Of a stretch of DNA of 64,000 nt, positions 48,882-60,303 are shown piece after piece. The stretch spans positions 806,001 through 870,000 of the forward strand of contig JBHGNT010000020.1 of NCBI GenBank assembly GCA_043228905.1, written 5' to 3'. The stretch is from Azolla caroliniana (taxonomy: Eukaryota > Plantae > Polypodiophyta). The notes beneath the pieces are model-generated. The model did no database searches and was not told the DNA's origin. It was given only the letters and a program-made list of their open reading frames with translations. Both the position numbers and the translations under genes were made by a program. The stretch's first letter is position 1. Each line of letters starts with the position of its first letter.

Positions 48882-49960
48882 TGTCATGATATGGCAAGAC
48901 TCGAACCCATAACCTTACGTTATATGGGTCGAGTTCTTGACCATTACATTATATATTGTAATACGTAGGATATTATTTTCATTTAAGTTTTACAATAGAA
49001 AATTATTGTATATTCCAGATTTCTCTGGAACATTCTAGAAACTTCAGGACTATTCCTAAGAACACTATAAAAAGAGGCACAAGGCATTATTTCGAACCAA
49101 ACTGGTTCAACGCCAGTCTTAAGGCTCATAGATATTTTGTACTTACTCTTCACATAATATATCATCTGTTATCATCATCCTCTCTCTGTCTCGCCTTCGC
49201 TATCTCTCTCTCGTGAGTGTTACGCAGTCCGTCCTCTTAGTACTAATAGTACTTCCCTTCTCTAGTACTAATTCTCTGTTTGTTTTAGTACTATTCTTGA
49301 CAGTTTGAACCAATTTTCTCCCTCTAGTCTTCTTTTCGGTTTCCCTCATCCTCTTACCCCTTTTTCCAATATTATGGCTACTGTTAGCACCCAGGAATAT
49401 CAATCTGTTTTTTCCGAGCTACAATGCTAAAAGAAAAATTCGTTGCATTGGAACAAGAAAACCAATGATTGTTAGGGGATCTTCAACGCATTGCTTTAGA
49501 AAAACAGCAAACGCAACAACAACATGGGGAGTTGCAACAACAACTTGGGGAGTTAGCGTTACACGTACAACAACTCGAAGCAACAATCGTAGCATTACAA
49601 CAACAAGGATCAAGTCCCCAAGGACTTCATAAAGACCCCAAGATTGGTCTTCCTGTGAAATTCGATGGAACACACTCACAATTTAGAGGATTCCTTAATC
49701 AGGCACGCTTAGTCATGCAAATGCATCCTTCCTGATACCCCACTAATGCATCCCGAATAGGCCTAATAGGCACGTTACTCAGCGGCTCAAACTTGGCATG
49801 GTTCGCTCCGCTTTTGGAAAAACAATCTCCCTTGCTTAATAACTTTGAAGACTTTATTAGCAAGTTTAAAGCCTACTTTGGAGATACTGACAACATCAGG
49901 ACGACGATCAACAAAATCCAACGATTGCGTCAAGGCGATCGTCCAACCTCTGTCTACGCG

Positions 49961-51963
49961 TGTCACGGACACACCAAGTGCGGACTAAGATAGAGCACAG
50001 ATGATGAGGCTATGACATAGCGATGACGCGAGGAACAAGAGCATAAAGATAGAGATGAAGATCAAGGAGAGAGGATGGGCGAAATGGGAATACTAGATTG
50101 ATATGTCCATGACTGGCGTTGTTCACCTTGAATTCCTTCACGGTGAACTCAACTATTTATACTAAGTGGCATGCATACCTGTTGCACGCATGTGATACAA
50201 TAGAGCATGTAGGCAGTAGGTACGCATGCATGTGCTAATACAAGGGAGAAATTATGCACATGATGCTAGCTAAAACCTACAATGAGGAAGTATATACATG
50301 ATTATATGCTAGATGTGTGGTTTACACATAACACTCGATTACAACATGGTTATGTCAAGAGTTCAAATCTTGACATTATCCCCCCTCCAACGATGCCTTC
50401 CCAAATCGTTTGTCGGCTTAAGGGGATATTGTTGATGAAAATCTTAGATCACCTCCAAAGTATTTTGTAAACCCTAGACAAGGAGTAACCCTTCCACAAG
50501 ACAAGGTATTTAACACCAACGGGCATGAGCGACCATGTGTGGTCCTCGCCTAGAACTGGAACACAAATATCAACGGGTGTGAGCGACCATGTGCAGTCCT
50601 CATCGGGAGCATGAACACCAAGGGGCATGAGTAACCATGTGGGGTCCTTGCCGAGAATTGGAATGGTCCTCGCTGAGAGTTGGAACACGAACACCAACGG
50701 GCGTGAGCAACCATGTTGTCCTCACCGAGAAATGGAACACGAACGAGTGAGCGACCGTGTGGCCCTCACCGAGAACAGGAACATGAACAGGAGTAATCGA
50801 CCATGTGTGGTCCTCACCGGGAACTAGAACAGGAACAACAACGGGCATGAGGAACCATGTCGGTCCTCACCGAGATCTGGAACACAAACAATAGTTGGAG
50901 TGAGTGACCATGTGTGGTCCTCACCGGAGATTGGAACACGAACACCAACAAGCATGAGACACCATGTTGGTCCTCGCTGAGAGTTGGAACACGAACACCA
51001 ACGGGCGTGAGCGACCATGTGTGGTCCTCACTGAGAACTGGAACATGAGCCGCAATGGGCATGAGCGACCATGTCGGTCCTCGCCGGGATGTGGAACATG
51101 AAAAATAACTGGAGTGAGCGACCATGTGCGGTCCTCACCGGAGACTGGAACACGAACGGGAGTGAGCGACCATGCGGCCCTCACTGGGCACAAGAGCACG
51201 AATGGGTGTGAGCGACCATGCGGCCCTCACCAGGAACTTGAACACAAACGTGCGTGAGCGACCATGCGGCCCTCACTGAGAACTCGAACACCAACGGGAG
51301 TGAGCGGCCTTGTGCGGCCCTCACTGAGAACTAGAACACGAACACGAACGGGAAAGAAACTAAAAAATAGAGACAATGATGAGGAGAACTAAAAGCCAAT
51401 GAAAATTATGAGAAGAAACTAGGAGATAGAAACGGCGATGAAGATAGGAAATGAAGCGATGTTGTTGATGGTACGGTGACGATAGTAACTTTAGAAGCAA
51501 GGGCGATGACAAAGACGGGTGATGCTTCTAGGTGGAAGGTGAACAAACTGTCACGGACACACCAAGTGCGGACTAAGATAGAGCACAGATGATGAGGCTA
51601 TGACATAGCGATGACGCGAGGAACAAGAGCATAAAGATAGAGATGAAGATCAAGGAGAGAGGATGGGCGAAATGGGAATGCTAGATTGATATGTCCATGA
51701 TTGGCGTTGTTCACCTTGAATTCCTTCACGGTGAACTAAACTATTTATACTAAGAGGCATGCGTACCTGTTGCACGCATGTGATACAATAGAGCATGTAG
51801 GCAGTAGGTACGCATGCATGTGCTAATACAAGGGAGAAATTATGCACATGATGCTAGCTAAAACCTACAATGAGGAAGTATATACATGATTATATGCTAG
51901 ATGTGTGGTTAACACATAACACTCGATTACAACATGGTTATGTCAAGAGTTCAAATCTTGACA
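49961..51963 (-). mobile_element. Non-autonomous LTR element (TRIM/LARD-like) nested in the Tcn1-like gag
   Basis: 415-bp LTRs 49961-50375 and 51549-51963; TSD ACGCG; PPT (plus strand TTATCCCCCCTCC) next to the left LTR; internal tandem repeats. Confidence 0.92.
50510..51350. repeat. ~50-57-bp tandem repeat, roughly 15 copies
   Basis: Consensus like AACACCAACGGGCGTGAGCGACCATGTGTGGTCCTCACCGAGAACTGGAACACG. Confidence 0.92.
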
Positions 51964-54900
51964 ACGCGGTGGATTTTCGTCTACTCCCCTAAGATATCCC
52001 TTGGGATGATCAAGCACTAATGGAGCAGTTCCACTACGGCCTGCGAAACGACGTCAAAGATTTACTTTTAACCTTTCCCGAATAACCAAAATCTCGTATA
52101 GAGGCAATTAGTCGAGCGGTCCGATGCGACAACCGCCTTTTCGAATGATGTTCGGAACGTCAATTTCAAATGGCACGGACTAGGCCAGAGCCCACATATG
52201 CCCGAGTCGTAGCTAAACTGGTTGCACGAGATGTATCTTAGGCAAATACTTTGACGCCGATGGAGATTGACACCATGCGTCGATGTGGCTCGTTATCGGA
52301 AGAAGAAAAGAAACGACGACGTGCAAATCGATTATGTCTTTATTGCGGTGGACTAGGGCATATTGCCATCAACTGTCCCCATAGGCCAAGAAGACAGGTA
52401 AATCAAATCTTAGCCTGTACTAAACCCGAGTCAATTCCCTTAGGAGCATCTGATGGTATTAATAGTATTGATAGCCCAAGTATCTAAAACAAATTTGAAA
52501 TCCTTAGTCAATTAGAGGAAGAGTTAAACAACTAAGTCCAACCAAAATAGGAGCCGTTTGGTTGGATAACCCTAGATCTGTGCAGCCCATTAGTGGTTCC
52601 ATTCCCTCTAAGCAAGTTAGCAATGTGTTCTTAGCCCAAGTCATGATTAGTACTAAAAGTACCCCTCTAGTACATGTCTTAGCACTTTTAGATTCCGGAG
52701 CCAATTCCTGTTTCATGGATCAGAATTTTGCCCAAGCTTCTTAGATATCCTTAAGGAAACTTCCTTGCTCCACATCTATAGTAGTCATTGATGGTCATCC
52801 CATTGTTTCTGGGAATATCGTAGAAGAGTTAGAACCCATTCAGGTTGTCCTAGATAACTTTGTGTGTGTGGTATCATTTAATATAATTAGTAGTCTAGAG
52901 CATCCCATTGTCTTGGGATTATCTTGGTTTGAAGTACATAATCTAGTCATAGATTGGAGAACAAGAGAAGTCTGGTATCGACAACCCCGAGAATCTACTC
53001 ATGGAGTTTCGACCATTTCACTGCATCAATTACGCGAAGAAGGACGCAAGGAGTCAATGTTTCTATTTGCAATATCAGTATATCCTTCTAGCACTATTAA
53101 AAAGGAATCCTTAGTTCAACGACACCCATACAGTTGGACATTTCGGTAGTACTAAGAAGTTGGATCTAGTGTGACGATCCTTTTGGTGGCCCCATATGCG
53201 ATGTTTTGTCGACGACTATGTTCGGACCTGTGATGCTTGTTGCCGAGAAAAGATGCCACGACATCATCCATATGGCTTGTTGGAATCCTTACCAATTCCA
53301 AGTAAGCCATGGCAGTCCATTTGTTTTGATTTTATCACAAATCTTCCAGTTTCGAAGGGTTTCGATGCTATCTTAACCGTCGTCGATTGATATACTAAGA
53401 TGGCACATTTTGTGCCTTGTACTAAGGCCATCACTAGTGAGGAAACCACAACCCTTGTCATGCGTGAGGTATTTCGGCATCATGGCCTCCTAGACAGTAT
53501 CATCAGTGACCGAGGACCTCAATTCGTCTCCAAATTTTGGAAGCATCTCTTCAAGATGCTCAAGGTCTAGATTGCAACCTCTCCTCCGGCTACCATCCCC
53601 AAACCGATGGGCAAGCAGAACGAAAGAATCAAATGTTGGAACAATATCTTCGGTGTTTTCTGAGTTATCAATGGGACGATTGGGCAGATATTCTCCACTT
53701 TGCGGAGTTTGCATATAACAACGCTATTCACTCCTCGACTCGGGTCTTGCCATTTTACACTTATACCGGTTCTCATCCTCGCTGGTCTGTGATCGACACT
53801 CCGGAGCTACCTACCAATCCTCGTGCCGAGGATCATCTAGAGAGGCTACGCAAGATTCAGATGGATCTATCTATTCATCTTCGTCATGCTCAACACACTC
53901 AAAAGACTTATGAATATCGTCATCGGCTTCCCTCCTCTTTTGCCATCGGAGATCGAGTATGGCTCTAACGTTGTCACATCAAGACAACTCGACCGTGCGA
54001 CAAATTGGATTATCGACAACTCGGTCCTTTCCGTATTATCGGAAAGATTAATGATGTCACGTTCCGCATTGATCTTCCTCCGCACCTTCAGATACATCCG
54101 GTCTTCCATAATTCTCTTCTTGAACCTTATCAAGCCAACACTATTCCCGATCGTGTTACACCACCGCCGCCCCCGCTTGAGTTGGACACTGGCCCAAAGT
54201 ATGAAGTTACTGTTGTCCTTGACTCCAAGTTTGTTCGCAACAAACTTTATTATTTGGTCGATTGGCTCGACTATAGTCCTAGCGAACGTACTTGGGAACC
54301 TGTCAAGCATGTCACCAATGCTCAGGATCTTCTTGCTGATTTCTAGCAAAAGTATCTGGACAAACCCGGTCCATAATCAACGTTGGCTCATGACATTCGT
54401 CATCTTAAAGGGGGGATAGTGTCATGAGATGGCAAGACTCGAACTCGTAACCTTATGTTATATAGGTCGAGCTCTTGACCATTACATTATCTATTGTAAT
54501 ACATAGGATATTATTTTCATTGAAGTTTTACTATAGAAAATTATTGTATATTCCATATTTCTTTGGAACATTCTAGAAGCTTCAGGACTATTCTTGAGAA
54601 CACTATAAAAAGAGGCACAAGGCATTATTTCGAACCAAATTGGTTCAACGCCAGTCTTAAACCTCATAGCTATTTTGTACTTACTCTTCACATAATATAT
54701 CATCTGTTATCATCATCCTCTCTCTGTCTCGCCTTCGCTATCTCTCTCTCGTGAGTGTTACACAGTCCGTCCTCTTAGTACTAATAGTACTTCCCTTCTC
54801 TAGTACTAATGCTCTCTCTATTTTAGTACTATTCCTGACACTCATCAGTTAGCAACACGTGCTCTACATCTGGAAATCTCCGGGGGACTCTTCCCTCTCT

Positions 54901-55025
54901 GACAGGATATCTTCGTCCTTGGTTTTTGACTGCCGATTCCTCCGTTTGTTCTGAATCCGAATCCAATTCGGGATCTTGCCCGGTTCCAGTGTCTTCTTCT
55001 TCGGGCAGTTCTGCTTCTTGCCCGT

Positions 55026-56127
55026 TGTCGTGAAGATTTTCGGCAACGATGTGAAAATTTCATGGAACGTACAAAATCGAGTGTGATTTTTCACACACAA
55101 TATGAAACAATAATAATGTAGATATTATTTTATATCTTGGTACGAAAAGATGGATGTCTTCAAGAGCTCCCGAATGCATTTTACTACATGTGAAATGTAC
55201 AACTTAGTGTCAAGTTATGTGAGTGTGAAGTTTGAGAAGAAGAAGAGAAAAACAAAACTATGAGATATCCCACATAGATAGGACAAATCAGGATCCCACA
55301 GTATATAAGCAGAGCTAGAACAAATTGTTCTTGGGCTAAACTGTGGCTTAACTGCTCGTAATGATTTTGGATGACCGGATGGCGACGAAACCGGAACCGG
55401 AACCGGGCGGACGGCGATGGAGCCGGATGACGATCGAACCAGGACCGGCACCGGCACCGGAACTAGATCAGATAGACCGGATCACTGGGTCGGAAGCGGA
55501 CCGGATAGACAGATCGATCGGATAGGTTAATTGCGACGATTTCGGTGTGAAACGAACAAAATCATCTAGACTAAAAAACCTATTAGAAATTTGTAATCAA
55601 AGGGATGCAAGCAAGGCTTGAACCTTGCACCTCCAAGATAGGAGGCAGTAGACTAGTTAAGTCATTTGCTTAGAAATGTTTTTTCTATCATTATACTTTT
55701 ACATGTGAATTCTCATATTAGAGCTTGATTGAGTGACATGGTTATCATGCATCACATGTAATGCATGAGAGCCAAATGGCAAACATGCATCACATGCATT
55801 CCATGCATTGTATGCATGTATTGTAGCCTTACATGCATCATATGCATGGGGGCGTCTATAAAAGAGGGGTTGAAAAAGACAAAAGGAGAGCTATGTATTA
55901 ATCAAGAAATTAAGAGGAAGAAAATTCGTTATTCCATTTTTGTTATGTATTAATCTTGTCTCTCAATCTAAAGTCAAGCATTCTATCTTATCTCAAGTTC
56001 TCTCTCCCTCTTTCAGTCTATCTTAAATACTTTCTTGCTAAAGCTTGTGCAAACTTCGAATCCTTCCGGTCCAGAATCCCGGCGGTTCCGCCTCACGATC
56101 CGCACGTAGTGACATATCTTCACGACA
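55026..56127 (+). mobile_element. Solo LTR (~1.1 kb), family shared with 57876-58993
   Basis: 12-bp inverted termini TGTCGTGAAGAT / ATCTTCACGACA; 4-bp TSD CCGT; TATAAAA at ~55857. Confidence 0.82.
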
Positions 56128-56131
56128 CCGT

Positions 56132-57875
56132 ATCCGGCCGGTTCGTTGAGTTTCATCTAGTTACCGGCTAACATCCAGTTTTCAACCGAGTATATCCTTG
56201 TGTCGGTTTTCATTGGATGATCCAGAGTTCATCACACTCCCAATCGGCAATGGTCCTATCTTCCATGAAGACTATGTCCCGACTCTAGAACACCTTCTTA
56301 TCGACCAGATCCAAGGAATATGCATGGGTTGGACTTCGGATCCAGCTTTGCTCCCTTGTCCTTTGTAAGATGCACATATGCAAGACACCCGAACACCTTC
56401 AGATGTCAATAAGACACGTCCTTACTAGTCCATACTTTTTGCGGTGTGTCTCCATCTAAGGTACTAAGGGTGATATGTTTATCACGTAGGTCACCGTCGT
56501 CAGCGGCTCAGGCCAAAATGTCTTGGGTAACTTTGCATGTGCCAACATGCTTCAGACTCTCTCCATCACGGTCCGGTTCATCTGTTCGGCCAACCTGTTT
56601 AGTTCCGGCGTCTTCGGCACGGTAAATTCGAGCCGGATTCCCTTCGACCGGTAGTACTCCAACTGACCCTTGTATTCTCCTCCGTTATCTACTTGAACTG
56701 CCTTCAGCTTCCGACCGATTTCTCTTTCCACTCTCGCATGGGGTTCCTTGAAGACATATAACACTTGATCCTTCGTCTTTAGTGGTGAGACCCACATTTT
56801 CTGGTTGTGGTCATCTATGAACGCCACGAAGTACTGTGCTCCGGCATGTGACCTCGTGTCCACTTGACACACATCAGTATGCACCAACTCCAGTGGTGCA
56901 TTCCGTCTCATCGGTGGTCTTGACCGGAAGGAGGTTCAGTTTTGCTTGCCGGCAAGACAATTGGTGCACTTCTCAAGTTGCACGTCCTTCACCGGAATGA
57001 GATTGTCTTTGGCAAGTCTCTTCATCCCCTTCTGGCTCATATAACACAGTTTCATGTGCCATAGCTCACCGATAGTGTTAGATGCTACGTTCACTTCTTC
57101 CCGGCATATCCGGGCATTCATCAAGTACAGTGTGTTGACCTTCCGGACTCGAGCCACTATTAGGCTCCCTTTGTTGAACTTCATGACTCCGTTCCGGATG
57201 CTACCCGTGTAGCCTTCATCATCTAGCCGACCGGCTGATATCAGGTTCAATCGAACTTTCAGAACGTGTCAAACATCCTTCAGCAGCAACTTGCATCCGG
57301 TTGATGTCGTCAACAACACATATCCTATGCCGACAAGTCAACATGTACCTTCATTCCCCATCCAGACACAACCAAGATATCCGACTATGTAGGATGAGAA
57401 GCATCTCCGGTCCGGTGTTAGGTGGAACAACGCTCTGGAATCGACAACCCACGTTGTCTCGTTGCCGACAAGGTTTAACTCATTCTCCTCGGTAATGAGC
57501 ATCAGTTCTTCTTCACTTGTCGTGAATTGTCGACGCTCCCTTCTGATCCGAACACTTCTTTGAATCGGCACTGTCGGTTCCTTTCTCTTTCTGGAAATGC
57601 CAACAATTCTTCTGGAAGTGCCCCAACTTCCGACAATAGAAGCAAGTAGGCCTCCCCCTTGACTTCGAACTCGTCCCCGATTTGTCTCGGTTTTGGGGAC
57701 TCCGATACCGGCCTCTTCCCCAATTGTGGTCATCTTCCGTGACCAAGGCCTTCGGATCGGTTCCGAACTCCCGGTCCTTCCGGAGAGCTTCTTCATCTAG
57801 CAAGCTTGACTTGACTCTTGTTAGGGACAACTGTTTTCCTTCCGGCCTGGCGTTGCCCAACGTGACAACTAGCGT
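56132..57875 (-). pseudogene. Copia gag C-terminus, protease, GAG-pre-integrase and integrase (decayed)
   Basis: CFYCRKLGHFQKNC, WVVDS, LWH.KL, LELVHTDV, DNGGEY, TPELN..AE..NRT. Confidence 0.88.
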
Positions 57876-58993
57876 TGTCGTGAAGATTTTCGGCAATAGT
57901 GTGAAAATCCCATAAAACGTACGAAATCGAGTATGAATCACATAATGCAATAATTGTGAAGATAACATTTTAAATAAATTTAATATCTAAGTACAAAATG
58001 ATGGAGGTTTCGAATGCACTTTATTACACGAGAAACGGACAACTAAATGTCAAGATATGAGGGTATAAAGTTTGTGAAAGGAAAAGAGAAAATTGTGAGA
58101 TATCCCACATAGGCACGACAAATACGGCTCTCATCATATATAAGGTAGAGCAAAAGATATTATCTTTGTGTCTATGTGTGGAGCATAGAGAGTTCAAGGT
58201 AACTAAGAGTGGAGGTGGGCTAGCTACTCGTAAAGGGTTTTGGCCAACCAAAACTGGACCGGCGATGGAGCTGGTGATCCGGTGGCATCCGGCGGCGGTG
58301 AGACGACGGCATCCGGCGGCAGCACCAGTATCCGACGACAACCGACGACGACGATGGCATTTGGCGAGGCACCGATAACCGACGGCATTCGACAAACCGA
58401 CGTCCGGTGACTAGATAAATAAATATATAAATATATATACATATATACATATACAAGGAGGGCAAGTAAGGATTCGAACCTTGCACCTCCGAGTTAGGAG
58501 TCAATTGGCTTACCATTAAGCCATGCCATTTAGTTGAATTTATATTTCTATCATTATACTTTTACATGTAAATTCTTATACATGAGAGCTAAAATGAGTG
58601 ACATGGTTATCATGCACCACATGTAATACATAAGCGCCAAATGGCAAACATGCATTTTATACATGTCTTGTACCCTCACATGCATCATATGCATGAGAGC
58701 ATCTATAAAAGAAGGAGGGGGGAGGAGAAAAAACACGTTTTTTTTGGGTTATGAAATTAAGAAGAAGAAATTCGTTATCAAATTGATGGTGTAACTTGTT
58801 TCTTTAATCCAAAGATAAAAGTTCAATCAATCTCTCTCAATCGTTGAATCTCAACTTCTCTTTTTCCCAATCTATCTTAAGTACTTTCTCGCTAAAGCTT
58901 CCGCCAAAGCTTGTACCGACTTTGAATCCTTCCGGTCCAAAACCCCGGCGGTTCCGCCTCACGATCCACGCGTAGTGACGGATCTTCACGACA
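57876..58993 (+). mobile_element. Solo LTR (~1.1 kb), second copy
   Basis: Same 12-bp inverted termini; flanks GCGT / ACGT; interrupts gag DSWET|LVVTLGN. Confidence 0.82.
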
Positions 58994-59433
58994 ACGTCTC
59001 CCAACTATCCAGGAGGGAACTAAGCAGGAGTAATGTGAGTACCTCATCGGCAAGAGGTACTTCCAACGAGGTTGCCTGGTGAATCAGTCCCTGGAAGGCA
59101 TTCATGTGCTCTGCCATACTGAAGCCATCCTGGTACCGGAGCCTCACTAGCTTCCGAAATACCAAAACCCGATTAACGACATTCTTGTTCTGGAACATGA
59201 TGCCGATCTTCTCCCAGAGTTCATGAGCCTTGCTCTCTTCATTGAAGTTGTTGTATAGGCTCATGTCGATGAAGCATCGGATGTATGCCGTCGTCTTCAT
59301 GTGCATCACCTCCCACATTGTGGCGTCGATCTTATCCAGTCTCTTGTCCCTGAACTGAACCGGCAACCAAAGTTCTTTAACCACCAGCATATCCCTCATC
59401 TTCGACTTCCACACTGAGTAGTTGGAGCTGCTG
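58994..59433 (-). pseudogene. Copia gag N-terminal part
   Basis: LSSSNYSVWKSKMRDML...LLSSLLDSWET. Confidence 0.88.
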
Positions 59434-60019
59434 AGCAATTTTCCGCGCTTTTCTTCACAATCTGGTATTAGAGCGAACAACATAGGAAATGGAAGAATCG
59501 TTTAGTGACATGTTCATGCTTGGCCACAACCGAGTCTTGAATTAGAGAAATGGGAATGAAACACAGAAATGGGAAGTAGAGAGTACATAGAATATTTATG
59601 TGCAAAACCCTAATAGGGTAAAAAACCACGGGAGCCCACAGACTCCAAACTATCACTACATGAGAAAGGTACAATCAGAGACTCGAAGGCAACGACCTCG
59701 AGCTCTGTTTCTTCGCAGAGCGGCGGTTACAACAGAGTATCGCGCTGTATCTCTCTCTCTCTCTCTATACAACACTTATACACATACAAAATATGACAAC
59801 AACTACCAACACCCAAAAGTGATTGCCCTAAGTCATATATATACTTATATGAACTTAGGGCTATTTACAAATATAGTCTCAATAAGCTTACTCAAAACAT
59901 ATTTAATGGTATGTCTTCTCTTTTGGTTCTCACTGGGTTCATCCGATCCGGTTTCCGGATCTCATCGGGTCCTCTTCATTCATAACTGGATCCCATCCGG
60001 AGGGACCGATTTCCCAACA

Positions 60020-60148
60020 CTTTAGAGCAATACGTCCATTGGATAAACAAAATCTATTCGATTCGATTCAACAATACATTGCTAGACGAGTTTCATAACT
60101 ACATTGTAAGAACATAGGAACAAATTTTATTAATATGATGTTTAGCTT
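60020..60148 (+). repeat. tRNA array, resumed after the copia
   Basis: CTTTAGAGCA.TAC...AAAATCTATTCGATTCGATTC...GATGTTTAGCT continues the flank of module B. Confidence 0.85.
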
Positions 60149-60249
60149 TGTTAATAATTAAGTGATTAATTAAGGGTTAATTAGTACCTAATTATGTGAT
60201 TAGTTGATAAGCAGAAGATTAAGTGATATGTGTGTGTATGTGTGTGAGA

Positions 60250-60303
<54 letters not shown>

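Larger units (their letters stand above)
48882..54840 (+). mobile_element. Tcn1-like gypsy chromovirus, RT/RNase H deleted, nested in the copia
   Basis: 421-bp LTRs 48882-49302 and 54420-54840; TSD CTCAT; PPT AAAGGGGGGATAG; decayed gag (P.KFDG, PMEID, CLYCG..GHIA..C), protease LLDSGA, integrase, GPF, chromodomain YYLVDW.DY...TWEP; non-tRNA PBS. Confidence 0.93.
46849..60019 (-). mobile_element. Tnt1/Tork-like Ty1/copia element with nested insertions
   Basis: LTRs 46849-47364 and ~59521-60019 (inner end displaced by an inversion); TSD CTTTA (46844-46848, 60020-60024); PPT 47365-47375; domain order gag-protease-integrase-RT(YVDD)-RNase H on minus. Confidence 0.93.

Noticed and set aside
50510-51350. 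CRISPR-like appearance of the regular repeats
   Set aside because: Whole units are homologous with no unique spacers; eukaryotic retroelement context and no cas genes.
55026-58993. One LTR element spanning both 1.1-kb repeats
   Set aside because: Each repeat has its own TSD and the intervening DNA is contiguous host copia sequence in the opposite orientation.
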